From a virus (Duplodnaviria; Caudoviricetes), in IMG/VR virus record IMGVR_UViG_3300043449_001017, positions 1 to 55,495 of that record: a stretch of DNA of 55,495 nt, one strand, 5' to 3'. Positions 16,612 to 26,274 of the stretch are shown here, one piece after another. The notes beneath the pieces are model-generated. The model worked only from the letters and a program-made list of their open reading frames with translations. It was not told the DNA's origin and made no database searches. Numbering within the stretch: position 1 is the first letter of the stretch; every line of letters starts with the position of its first letter. The position numbers were made by a program, and so were the translations under genes.

Positions 16612-16943
16612 CTGGCCCGACCCCCACCGACTGGCGAGCGCTGTGCGCCCGCATGGCTGATGAGCTGGATCATTACCGCCAGCTCCTAATGGATGATCGC
16701 CGCGAGACTCATGCGCTGGCGTCTGAAGCCCGCGCCGCCCTAGCCCAGCCCGAGCGGCAGTGGCCAACGGATGAGGAGATCGACAAAGTTCTTTTTCAAG
16801 CCTTCACCGAATACATGGAGCAAGAAAGCCCGTTTGGTGGTCCTACTAATCAACGGCAGCTTGACCGCGCAAAGGCCCGCGCCGTCCTTGCCCGCTGGGG
16901 CCGCCCCGCCAGCGAGCCGGTGCCGCAGCAGGAGGCTGAGTGA
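16608..16943 (+). CDS. Hypothetical protein (mosaic cassette)
   Basis: Shares DWRALCA, ARAALAQPE and EPVPQQEAE blocks with 17151-17372. Confidence 0.65.
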   Translation: MTGPTPTDWRALCARMADELDHYRQLLMDDRRETHALASEARAALAQPERQWPTDEEIDKVLFQAFTEYMEQESPFGGPTNQRQLDRAKARAVLARWGRPASEPVPQQEAE

Positions 16944-17150
16944 TGATTACCATCATCGTTGCGTTCATTGCAGTTTTCCTCATCGGCTTATTCGTAGGCA
17001 GCCTGCGATGACGAGATGGTTTTCTATCCGCAAAGCTGAGTTTGACAAGACATTCTTTGTCGGCTTTGGCTTTGGCGGAGACATTCCGAAGATTGAACTC
17101 GCTGTAATTGTCGTTATCGGACCTCGTGTAATCTGCCTCGGACCCCACAA

Positions 17151-17372
17151 ATGACTGACCTCTCCCCCGCCGACTGGCGAGCACTGTGCGCTGAGCTTGT
17201 TGATTCCTTGGAAGAGTGGCTAAGTTGCAATTCTATTGGTGGTATTTCACTTGACGATGGCACAGATGCTGAATTGATTAACCGCGCCCGCGCCGCCCTG
17301 GCCCAGCCCGAGCCGCAAGGGCCGACGGGCCGCCCCGCCGTCGAGCCGGTGCCGCAGCAGGAGGCTGAGTGA
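17151..17372 (+). CDS. Hypothetical protein (mosaic cassette)
   Basis: Paralogous blocks shared with 16608-16943. Confidence 0.65.
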   Translation: MTDLSPADWRALCAELVDSLEEWLSCNSIGGISLDDGTDAELINRARAALAQPEPQGPTGRPAVEPVPQQEAE

Positions 17373-17584
17373 TGGCTGAGCTATCGAAAGAGGCGCAGGC
17401 GGTGTTAAGCGCCTGCGCCAAATATCCCTTGCACGGTGACCGCATAGCCGAAACGCTGATGCACGGTGCGCTCCCCGCCGCCCTCCGCGCTGCTGCGGAT
17501 CACATTGATCACGACTGGTCGGCGTTCAACTGCATCGATTCCCTCTACGAAATCGCCGCCGAGCTGGAGGGCCTTCATGGCTAA
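17369..17584 (+). CDS. Hypothetical protein
   Basis: 71 aa with a coupled overlap. Confidence 0.6.
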   Translation: MMAELSKEAQAVLSACAKYPLHGDRIAETLMHGALPAALRAAADHIDHDWSAFNCIDSLYEIAAELEGLHG

Positions 17585-17605
17585 CCCTCTCCACTTAGAA
17601 GGCAG

Positions 17606-18076
17606 ATGGTCGCTGTAACTCTGGCCTGGCACGAGTACGCCATGGCGTCTGAAATCGGACGACTCCGGCAGCTTGCATCGGTTCGCCATGGTCGCCGCGA
17701 TCAGCACGGATTCGAGGGCCTCGGGTGGTCAGAGCACATCGAAGGTGCCTGTGGCGAACTGGCCGTAGCCAAACATCTAAATGTCTACTGGGACGGCAGC
17801 GTCGACACCTTCAAGGCTGATGATCTCCCCCACCTGCAGGTTCGCACTCGAAGCCTGCACCACTACGACCTCCTCGTGAGGCCGCAAGATAGTGACGAGG
17901 CCATTTGGGTTCACGTCACCGGCCGATGCCCCGTCTACCGCGTGCATGGCTGGCTCTATGGCCACGAAGCGAAGAAGCCTTGCTGGCTTCAAGCTGTTGG
18001 TGGTCGACCTCCGGCCTATTTTGTGCCGCAAGCAGCTCTCCATTCCATCGATGACCTCCCCAACCTGGATCTGTAA
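17606..18076 (+). CDS. Putative PD-(D/E)XK-like nuclease
   Basis: GACGELAVAKHL...D...QVRT...GW motif. Confidence 0.6.
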   Translation: MVAVTLAWHEYAMASEIGRLRQLASVRHGRRDQHGFEGLGWSEHIEGACGELAVAKHLNVYWDGSVDTFKADDLPHLQVRTRSLHHYDLLVRPQDSDEAIWVHVTGRCPVYRVHGWLYGHEAKKPCWLQAVGGRPPAYFVPQAALHSIDDLPNLDL

Positions 18077-18254
18077 TTCTTGCGCCCGCGACCTGTGCGG
18101 GTTTTACATCGACGGCCGCTGGGTCGGCCCAGCCAAGCACGTCGCCACCTATCACATGGGCGAATGCAGCGTGTGCGGCGTCACTGACGCTGTCACCGAG
18201 CCCCGCGATCACGGTGGCATGGTGAAAGGCTGGGAGAAGATCGCCCGCCGCTGA

Positions 18255-18491
18255 TCAGTCCAACAGCTGGCGGGCCATCTCTTCAAAGCGAGGATCGATG
18301 CCGTTTTCCTTGCTCATCAGTTCCAGCTCCAGCCTGGCGATTTCGTGGGTGGCTTGCTGGAGCTGGTGCTGGAGGCGGCAGCACAGCCGATACAGCATGG
18401 CTGTCCTGGGATCTTCCTTTCTGGCCATCAGCTCAACCTGCAGCGAGTCTTCTGGCGACATGTCAGCCCGCAGCCATTGTCCAAATTCCAT
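18255..18491 (-). CDS. Hypothetical coiled-coil protein
   Basis: 78 aa on the opposite strand, filling the gap cleanly. Confidence 0.55.
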   Translation of the reverse strand: MEFGQWLRADMSPEDSLQVELMARKEDPRTAMLYRLCCRLQHQLQQATHEIARLELELMSKENGIDPRFEEMARQLLD

Positions 18492-18523
18492 TTTGATTTA
18501 GGGCAGTCCCGCTCACCTTATCC

Positions 18524-18850
18524 ATGCCTCGACTTGACGACGACACTCTCGTGTGGATCACAGCATTCGGCCATAAGCCGAGCTATTCCAAGATCGCCAG
18601 CAAGATAGGCCGGCCGGCTCAGACGGTGTATGACGTGCTGGTAGGCAAAACAAACGCGGCTCGCCTGGCCAAGTTGCAGAAGCAGACGTACTGCGTGAAC
18701 TGCCGGAACTTCGATGCAGAAAAAGGCGAGTGCCTCTACGGCTTTCCAGACCTCGACCTGCATGGGCCGGCATTCGCCAGGGACTGCTCGATGTACGAAC
18801 GTGACGAATTGCAACAAGCTTCGTCGGCGTCGGTCGTTTCAGCGGCATGA
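18524..18850 (+). CDS. HTH plus Cys4 domain protein
   Basis: SYSKIASKIGRPAQTVYDVL.GKT HTH and CxxC...C..GFP...C. Confidence 0.65.
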   Translation: MPRLDDDTLVWITAFGHKPSYSKIASKIGRPAQTVYDVLVGKTNAARLAKLQKQTYCVNCRNFDAEKGECLYGFPDLDLHGPAFARDCSMYERDELQQASSASVVSAA

Positions 18851-19759
18851 TGACCCCGTCACCACTTCACCCGATGGCACGACTCCTTTTGCTTTTGATC
18901 CCGGTCGTCACAATTGCGGCGATCGTCCATGACCACGCAGCCTCCTGCAAGGTGGCACACCACCCCGTTGCCGGGCGCATGCCCGTTTGCGAATGACTGC
19001 TCCCAACACCATTGAATTCCGCGAGGCAGATCAGACCGAGATGCTGCGCCTCGACAGCGAAGGCTTTCACTACAAAGGCCAAGTCATTGAGGACGCAGGC
19101 GAAGCCTATCGCTTGTTTCGGGAGTGGCTGGCCAAACAGAACGAGACCACCAATGACTGAACGCAACTACCACTTCACCATCCCGCAATCGAACGTGTTC
19201 GATTACGTGAAAGCTGCCAGCTTCACTGAGGCCAAGGCAAAAGCTTTTGAGGAGTACGGCCCTTTTTATGGGCAGATCGAATGGCTCGATGCTGATCGGC
19301 AAGAGCCATGATCGAGATCACTTCTGATTTTGGCCGGATTGGCGAGCTCCGATGGATGAACACAAACCAGGAATTCTGGTTTGAGATTGCTCCAAGGCGT
19401 GGAGAGGTATTGCCTACCACCTTCCCGGCCTGGTGGGGCTGCGCCTGGTTTGGCCGTCCACCGGAGCATTACTGCCGCCGGATCGACACCGTCGTTGATG
19501 GTTTGGGCCGTGCCCTGTCCTGACGATCTGCGGGCTGCTCTGGGGCCCTGGGCCACATTGCGCGACGACCTCGACTGGCGCGAGTGTCCTGACGATGTCT
19601 GGCAGCAGCTGCTGGTGCAGGCGCCCAAGTTGGCGGCCATCAGTCGCTACTGGTTCGAGAGAGGCCTCCACCGCGCCATCGACGAGATGGAACGCAAGAT
19701 CGACGGCAAGCCCATGTGGGTCACCCGAGACGAACTGATCAAACACCTCAAGACTATTC

Positions 19760-20149
19760 ATGCACCCAAGTGAAGACGATTTCAGGCTGATCCCTGAGAC
19801 CTCCCGCTACCTAAAAACACGCACCATCAACTGCCTGCTTCGTGGTGGCTTTTTTACCGCCGAGCAGATCATGATGGGCTCCACAGCCGATTTTCTGAAG
19901 ATCAACGGCTTTGGCTACCAGTCCCTCCAGGAAGTCGCGGAATGGCGCGACGCTCTCATGGCGCAAGACCCTGAGCTCTTTAACGAGACTCTGGCAAGCG
20001 TGATGCAAGCCATGGACAAGACTGAATCGGTGATGACCGAGAGGCTTGCCAGGGCCGCCATGGCTCACATCTGGGGCAAGATTGCCACAGGCGCTTTCAC
20101 TGCTGCTCGCGTGCGCCAGATGCTCATCGATCCTTCGCAAGACCCATGA
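19760..20149 (+). CDS. RNA polymerase alpha-CTD-like domain protein
   Basis: LKTRTINCLLRGG..TAEQI....ADFLKINGFGYQSLQEV aligns by eye with the RpoA CTD pattern L.VR..NCL......L......LL...N.G.KSL.EI. Confidence 0.75.
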   Translation: MHPSEDDFRLIPETSRYLKTRTINCLLRGGFFTAEQIMMGSTADFLKINGFGYQSLQEVAEWRDALMAQDPELFNETLASVMQAMDKTESVMTERLARAAMAHIWGKIATGAFTAARVRQMLIDPSQDP

Positions 20150-20583
20150 CGCTCTCCACTGCTCTCTACCTGGCTGGTGCCTACTGGCTGATTTGCATCG
20201 CCTTTCTCTGCCTCTGCAAGAAGATCCTTCCATGACCACTCGCGGCAATTTTTACCGGGTGCAGCTGGTTTATTCAGACGGCCACCGGGAGCAGAAACAG
20301 ATCTGGGGCAACGGCTCCACCAATGCGCACTGGATCGCTTCACAGCTGCATCCTGACGCTCAAGTGAGCGTGCTCAGCATTGTCGCGGAGTACGACGCCG
20401 AATGATCCACTCTGAACAGGTCCGGTACACAGGCCAAAACCACCCTTGCTATGGGGTCCAGCCACAAGACCGGGGCCTTGGTCTCATCTTCCTGCCGTGG
20501 TGCTTTGACGGCAACTATGTGACGTGGGGTCCGGCCTATGAGACCCATTCCGAGGCTCTTGCTCACGCTCGCGATCTTGCATC

Positions 20584-21111
20584 ATGGAACTGATTGGCCT
20601 TTACAGCCCTGCACCCGGCTGCGGGAAGACCGCCGTTGCGCGGATCCTTCACGACGACGGCTATGCGCGGGTGCCGTTTGCTGCACCACTCAAGCGAATG
20701 GCGTGCGAGTTTCTGACACAGATCGGCTACGACCGGGGCGAGGCTGAGCGTCTGGTGTGGTCGGACAAGGAGACGGTGATCCCGGAGCTTCGGGTTAGCG
20801 TGCGGCATATCCTGCGGACGCTTGGCACCGAGTGGGGACGGTCCTGCATTCACCCAGGCCTATGGGTCTACGCTTGGGCCAAGAACTGCCATGCGCACTC
20901 AAAGGTCGTCGTCGACGACGTGCGGTTCCTCAACGAAGCTGTCGAGGTAAAGGCGCGAGGCGGACAGATGTGGTTGATCACCAGGCCTGGCATCGAAGAT
21001 GCTTCAGGCCACGAGTCGGAGGGCGGGTTGGCCGGATTTCACTTTGACGCTGTAATCGAAAACGACGGCACGCTCGCGGATCTTCGAGCGAAACTGCAAA
21101 ACCTCCTGTGA
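20584..21111 (+). CDS. Deoxynucleoside monophosphate kinase
   Basis: P-loop APGCGKT, FAAPLK, LGTEWGR, DDVRFLNE and HESE. Confidence 0.9.
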   Translation: MELIGLYSPAPGCGKTAVARILHDDGYARVPFAAPLKRMACEFLTQIGYDRGEAERLVWSDKETVIPELRVSVRHILRTLGTEWGRSCIHPGLWVYAWAKNCHAHSKVVVDDVRFLNEAVEVKARGGQMWLITRPGIEDASGHESEGGLAGFHFDAVIENDGTLADLRAKLQNLL

Positions 21112-21428
21112 AGCAGCGGCGCTACCACGCAGGGCGAATGGTCCTCGATCAGGTGGCAGGTGGCTGGCACCTGACCATCCGCCTTGATGGTGCCCGTACT
21201 CACGAAGCATGCCTACAGGTCACAAGCCTGGCTCAGGCTGTTGTGGCAGCCGAGCGCATTTATTCAGACCTCAGGGGCCTGCCCAGTGACAGGCCCATGT
21301 GCTGGCAATGTGTGCATTGGCTGCCAGTGCAGGCGAGTTGCTATTTTGGCTGGCCAGAAGCTCGACAGACTGGCGGAAGGTTCGCCGCGCAATGCAGCGT
21401 GTTCAAGGCATGTCCCACCCGGAAATAA
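21108..21428 (+). CDS. Hypothetical Cys4 protein
   Basis: CWQC.HW...C.FGWPE...FA..C, similar to the C-terminus of 18524-18850. Confidence 0.6.
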   Translation: MKQRRYHAGRMVLDQVAGGWHLTIRLDGARTHEACLQVTSLAQAVVAAERIYSDLRGLPSDRPMCWQCVHWLPVQASCYFGWPEARQTGGRFAAQCSVFKACPTRK

Positions 21429-21754
21429 TCAGCACCATTGAGCGCGATGGTGGAACCATCGACACCCTCGAACCAGCCGAGGGAGGCGAGCTGTACTACC
21501 GCAGCTGCGCCAAGGGCTACTGCCGGTATTCGAGCGACCTGTGGCAGGCCGAGATTTACCTGGACCAGCTGCTGGCGCGATGACCCGGCGTGAGCGCTGG
21601 CTGCTCGAGGCGGCCTACCTGGTGACGAACGCCTTCATCGTGGCCGGCGTCGTGCGCCACTGGAACGACTTAGGGTGAGGCTTGGGTCGGTAGCCCAAGC
21701 AGAGGCAGCCAGGACAACTGGAACTCAGTGCTGGTTCAAGCCCAGCCCGACTCT

Positions 21755-22075
21755 TCAACCAGCGCCCTGGATCCACTCGTAGATCACCTGGGCCCGGATA
21801 GCGCAGTAGAAGTCCTGCGATTCAAACCAGGGCGCCCAGTCGTGGTGCTGCTTGTGGGCATTGCAGCCGAGACAGGCTGGCACCAGATTGCGTGGGTCGG
21901 TGGTGCCACCCTTGGCTTTCGGGATGACGTGATCCAACGTCGCCGATCTCCCAAGCGGCTCGTCGCAGTAAGCGCACTTGTGCCCCCATCGACTCAGGAT
22001 CTGATCACGGAACCGAAGTTTCGCCTCCTTCTTCGGAATCAGCTCCTTCTCCGAGATCTGATGGTCCGGCACCAT
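21755..22075 (-). CDS. HNH endonuclease
   Basis: CAYC, TLDHVIPKAKGG and NLVPACLGCN. Confidence 0.92.
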   Translation of the reverse strand: MVPDHQISEKELIPKKEAKLRFRDQILSRWGHKCAYCDEPLGRSATLDHVIPKAKGGTTDPRNLVPACLGCNAHKQHHDWAPWFESQDFYCAIRAQVIYEWIQGAG

Positions 22076-22238
22076 TCCAGTCGGGCAGTTGGAAAGCGTT
22101 GATCTCTGCAGCTACGAGGTCATCATCCTGTGGGATGAACTCGGCGATCCGGCTGTAGATGTTGCCGCACAGATCCTCTGCCTCCAGCTCGCTGGAGACC
22201 ACGACCTTGGCCGTGACCTCGATCAGATAGGCAGGCAC
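22005..22238 (-). CDS. Hypothetical acidic protein
   Basis: 77-aa ORF upstream of the HNH gene. Confidence 0.55.
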   Translation of the reverse strand: MPAYLIEVTAKVVVSSELEAEDLCGNIYSRIAEFIPQDDDLVAAEINAFQLPDWNGAGPSDLGEGADSEEGGETSVP

Positions 22239-22302
22239 GAGGGCGCTGCGGCTGGACCCACCCTAGCCATGGGTTACGGGACGTAACGTTTCCTTTGGGA
22301 TC

Positions 22303-22555
22303 GTGCGCGAAAGGTGCGCGAAAGAGGCTGTGCGCAACTCCACCCCATTGAAATACTTAATAAATGCCAGGCAGTTGGCTGCCTTGTAAGCGGTAGGTCG
22401 CGTGTTCGAGTCACGCAACCGGCACCACCTCGAACTTCCCGAAGCTTACCGATTTCAACGGGTTGCGCCGGTCATGGCGCCCTGGACAGTTCCCGCCAGT
22501 TCGCGCAGAATCCCGCCGGTTCGCGCAAATCTGCGCGAATGGCTGCGCGAATGGG
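22303..22555. mobile_element. attP: core equal to the 3' half of tRNA-Thr(UGU), flanked by integrase arm-type repeats
   Basis: 22379-22427 has the anticodon loop CTTGTAA, T-arm GCGTG-TTCGAGT-CACGC and 3' end ACCGGC-A-CCA, with no D-arm or 5' strand. TGCGCGAA repeats lie on both sides, and the site abuts the integrase. Confidence 0.88.
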
Positions 22556-22562
22556 GTGAGCG

Positions 22563-23672
22563 ATGAAGCGGTGGGAAAGCGACTCGTCGGTGCCAGGGCT
22601 AGGTGTCATGGTGCTGCCGTCCGGCGTTCGCACCTGGTATTTGCGCTATCGCGAGCCGGACGGAAAGCAGCAAACGCAGAAAATCGGCCGCGACGGCATC
22701 ATCAACAAAACGATCGCCAGAAAGCAGGCGGTGCAGATCCTGGCCGAAGTCGCCAAAGGCAATGCGCCAGCGACGGCTCGCAAGCAGCGCCTGAATGCAC
22801 CAAAAATGATCGAGCTACAGGCTCGGATGGAGAAGGAACACTACGCCACGCTGCGCCAAAAGACCGCCTCCAACTACGAGCAAATCTGGCGCCTTCATGT
22901 CGCACCAACGCTCGGCTCCAGTCGGGTGCGCGATGTCACTCGTGAGCAGGTGATCCAGATGCTCAGCAAGCTGGCACCAGTGCAGCGAAACCGTGTGCTG
23001 CAGTGCCTCAAGGCGGCATTCACCATGGCCGAGGTATGGGGCTTGCGCCCTGAAGGCACCAACCCCTGCCGAAAAATCTCCAAGACCCCTGAGCGAATCC
23101 GCACTCGCTACCTCGCCGACCCCGAACGGGCCCGACTACTGGCATCGCTTGACGCTATGGGCACCACGCCACTTCGGTGGCGATTTGCGCAGCTCGTGCG
23201 CCTCCTGATGCTCACCGGCTGCCGTGTGGGCGAGATCTGCCGTGGTCGCTGGGAATGGCTTGACGACGATTTTCGGCTGATGGTGATACCAGCAGAGCGG
23301 CACAAGACGGGTGAGCGAACAGGCGAGCAGCGCGTGGTGCATGTTCCTCCTGCAGCAGCTCGCATCTTGAAGGAACTGCGGCAGCAATCCCATTCGCCTT
23401 GGATCATTGCTGGCGACGGCGAGAAGCACCTGGTGGGCTACCAAAAACTTTGGCTGGAGCTGCTGCGCACGGCCAAGATCGACAATCTGAAGGTTCACGA
23501 TCTGCGGCACAACTTTGCTTCTGTGGCACTGACCAAGGCCGGACTGACACTGCCCCAGGTCGGCAGTCTCCTCGGCCATGCAAGCCCCTCAACAACAAAG
23601 CGCTACGCCCACCTCATCGACGAGGGAGCGCAGCGGATGGTTGCAGACGTAGCTGGGAAAATTGGGCTCTAA
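22563..23672 (+). CDS. int: Tyrosine integrase
   Basis: N-terminal arm-binding domain, TGCR, HDLRH and LLGH...T.RY catalytic motifs. Confidence 0.95.
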   Translation: MKRWESDSSVPGLGVMVLPSGVRTWYLRYREPDGKQQTQKIGRDGIINKTIARKQAVQILAEVAKGNAPATARKQRLNAPKMIELQARMEKEHYATLRQKTASNYEQIWRLHVAPTLGSSRVRDVTREQVIQMLSKLAPVQRNRVLQCLKAAFTMAEVWGLRPEGTNPCRKISKTPERIRTRYLADPERARLLASLDAMGTTPLRWRFAQLVRLLMLTGCRVGEICRGRWEWLDDDFRLMVIPAERHKTGERTGEQRVVHVPPAAARILKELRQQSHSPWIIAGDGEKHLVGYQKLWLELLRTAKIDNLKVHDLRHNFASVALTKAGLTLPQVGSLLGHASPSTTKRYAHLIDEGAQRMVADVAGKIGL

Positions 23673-23959
23673 AGCGCCCAGGGACTGGCCTTGTAGGCCG
23701 GCTCGTCGTTTTCGGTGAGCACTGGCTGGGCCATCTCGTTGCAGATCATGTCGTGCAACGTGACATAGGCTTTCATCAGCTTGAAGTGATCGGCGAGAGC
23801 GGTGTACTCACTCTCGCCGACAATGCCAAACGCGTCGGGGTCTGCGTAGACCAGGAACATCATGGCCGCTTCTTGGATGCGACCGTCCCGGTAGAGCTGG
23901 AAGGCTGTTTCAAGGCCATCCTCGTAGCTGACAGTACCGTCGCGGGTGGCGAATCTCAC
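23669..23959 (-). CDS. Hypothetical protein
   Basis: GTG start overlaps the nrdJ stop. Confidence 0.6.
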   Translation of the reverse strand: MRFATRDGTVSYEDGLETAFQLYRDGRIQEAAMMFLVYADPDAFGIVGESEYTALADHFKLMKAYVTLHDMICNEMAQPVLTENDEPAYKASPWAL

Positions 23960-26223
23960 TGGGGTTTGGCAGCGGCAAACAGGCATTTGTCTCCGTCGCA
24001 CCCAGCAGGGCCCGCTTCGACAAGCTCTCCCACGTCATAGCGCTTCAGAGCTGCAAAGAAGTCCTGTTCGCCACGACGGGTTTCCACCTCAGCCGAAAGC
24101 TGGTCGAAAGTTGCCTTGTCGATCGGCTCGAACGGCAGACGGGGGAACGTCTCGTTGGCGTCAAAGCGGGCAAGCAAGGCCGCCGAGATGTAGCCCTCGT
24201 TGTCCTGGATGGCTTGGTAGATCGCGTCGGCGAGCGGCTCGATCTCGTTCTCCCGGTACTCAATCGTGGCAGAGGTGTTGTGCGTGGTGTAGTGCTTCTG
24301 CACCTGCATGTAGAAGTCGAACTGAGCCAGCGCCGAGATCTGGCTGATGTCGACCGCATCAGCGCCAGGCATGTCAGCCCAGGGCACGGCGGTGGGGATT
24401 TCCACCAGCCACTCGGTGCAGCGCTCGTCGAATGGATTGTCGAGCAGCTTGCCGGTCTCATCCTTGTCGGACTGGCTCGGGACCACGCTGTAGCCGTAGT
24501 CGATGCAGGCCATGGCCACCGGATCGTTCTTGCGGAACGTGATGCGGCGGATGAAGCGCTGAGACTTCGGCGGGTGCCAGCCAGGCGCAGCGCCGGTGAG
24601 CAGGCTCTTGGTGCCGGCGGGCTGCACGGTGGTGCAGCGGTTGGGGCGCTTCAGGCCATGGCGGTCGCAGTATTCCCAGACAGTGCCCTCAACCACGTTG
24701 CGCCAGCGCATCAGGTACGAGGCCTCAGCGGCCTTGTAGGCCTTGCCTTCGTCGGTGTCGGGGCGGCCAGCCACAAACCACTCCAGCCACTCAACGCCGA
24801 ATGCCTTCACGAAGAAGTCAAAAAGGCCGGTGAAAGACACGCCCACGATGGGGTCCAGCTCGCGGCTGACGCGGTAGCGCTCCACCTCAAAGCGGTGATT
24901 CAACAGGCAGGCCACGGCCAGGCCACCGGCACGGAAGGCGTCGTCCTGACCCCTGCTGTCAGTGGGATCGATCTGATTCAGGTGGATCTCAGACAGATTG
25001 CAGTGGAAGTCGGTGCCGAGGATCTCGCCGCAGGGGTTCAAGCCGTAGCGGCCGAGGCGGTGATCGAGTTCCTCCACGTCCATCTCGGGGCGCAGGTGCA
25101 GCAGCATGCTGGCGGCAGCCTCCTCGCCCTCCCGGCAGTACACGTCCACAAATTCCCGGCGGTACGCATCATTCCTGAGCAGGTCGCGGTTGGAGCGGGC
25201 GATAGCTTCGGGAGCGAACTGGATCGCGCCCTCACCGGAGTAGAACTGCTTGGTGACTGCCTCGAGCACCACCTCGCGACTGGGGCGCTCGTGGAACACT
25301 CTGGTGTGGTTAGCCATGCGCAGGGCGTCGCGCTCAGGGTCGATGCGCCAGGCGCCGTCGTCGCCCTGGAACCACAGGTTGTCCTTCGCGGCAGATGCCT
25401 CAAGGTCGTCTGCCGCGAATTGGCGCATGCCGGCGCTGCGGCGGATGTTGCCAGCCACGATGGTCACGGCAGCCTCATCGATCAGCAGGCAGCACTCCAC
25501 GGAGGTGAGCTGGCGGCCCTGGGCTTTCGACAGGATTCGGGCGACGCGCTGATACAGGTCGGGCAACTTGGCAGGATTGGCCATGCCACCGAAGCCCTTG
25601 AGGCTGGCGCCGGCGGGGCGAACGTTACCCAGGTCGATCTTCACCGCTACGTCGCCGGTGAACTCGAGATGCGTCGACAGGTGAAGCAAGGCCCGGTAGC
25701 TCTCAACCCAGCCTGCGCGGCTATCGCCGACCTCGATGATGGCGCTGTTGCCCCGGATCGAAGTGAAGGTTTCGTCGTCGCGCTCGCTCTCAGGCTTGGT
25801 GCCGATCGCAGTGACCTCCTCGATCACCAGGCGATTGCGGATTTCAGGCAGCTGGTCGATCAGGTGCGGCTCGATGATGGCGCCGGTGCCGGAGCCCATC
25901 ATTGCCAGGTCCATCATCAGCGCGAACGCTTCCCAGTCGATGAGATCCGTCGAGGTGCAGTTGTAGGCGCCGGAAAAGTTCTCGGGCTTCTCGATCCAGG
26001 GCGTCCCACCCACCCACAGCCAGCGGCCGGAGGGCAGGCAGCGCAGCTGCTCCTGCTGCTGACGGATCAGGTGGGTCTCGGCCTCTGTGAGCTTGCCAAG
26101 CCCCACCAGGCCATCGACGGTGCGCTGGGTGACCTCGCGCCAGCTCTCGCGGCCCTCAGGGCGCTTACGGGAGTAGGTGCGGTAGAAGACAGGATTGGCT
26201 GCAGGTGCGGTAGTGGGAAACAT
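23956..26223 (-). CDS. nrdJ: Class II (B12-dependent) monomeric ribonucleotide reductase
   Basis: PSGRWLW, AYNC, VAGNIRRSA, NPCGE, TTVQPAGT and C-terminal CDGDKC. No beta-subunit gene present. Confidence 0.92.
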   Translation of the reverse strand: MFPTTAPAANPVFYRTYSRKRPEGRESWREVTQRTVDGLVGLGKLTEAETHLIRQQQEQLRCLPSGRWLWVGGTPWIEKPENFSGAYNCTSTDLIDWEAFALMMDLAMMGSGTGAIIEPHLIDQLPEIRNRLVIEEVTAIGTKPESERDDETFTSIRGNSAIIEVGDSRAGWVESYRALLHLSTHLEFTGDVAVKIDLGNVRPAGASLKGFGGMANPAKLPDLYQRVARILSKAQGRQLTSVECCLLIDEAAVTIVAGNIRRSAGMRQFAADDLEASAAKDNLWFQGDDGAWRIDPERDALRMANHTRVFHERPSREVVLEAVTKQFYSGEGAIQFAPEAIARSNRDLLRNDAYRREFVDVYCREGEEAAASMLLHLRPEMDVEELDHRLGRYGLNPCGEILGTDFHCNLSEIHLNQIDPTDSRGQDDAFRAGGLAVACLLNHRFEVERYRVSRELDPIVGVSFTGLFDFFVKAFGVEWLEWFVAGRPDTDEGKAYKAAEASYLMRWRNVVEGTVWEYCDRHGLKRPNRCTTVQPAGTKSLLTGAAPGWHPPKSQRFIRRITFRKNDPVAMACIDYGYSVVPSQSDKDETGKLLDNPFDERCTEWLVEIPTAVPWADMPGADAVDISQISALAQFDFYMQVQKHYTTHNTSATIEYRENEIEPLADAIYQAIQDNEGYISAALLARFDANETFPRLPFEPIDKATFDQLSAEVETRRGEQDFFAALKRYDVGELVEAGPAGCDGDKCLFAAAKPQ

Positions 26224-26274
26224 CGGTCGCGAAAAGAGAGCCCGGCGTTTTTGGCACCGGGCAGTGGGTATAAG

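Noticed and set aside
16608-17374. Diversity-generating retroelement TR/VR pair
   Set aside because: No reverse transcriptase is present, and the differences are block replacements rather than adenine-specific.
22340-22427. Complete tRNA-Thr gene
   Set aside because: There is no 5' acceptor strand or D-arm upstream of the anticodon stem. It is better explained as the attP core.
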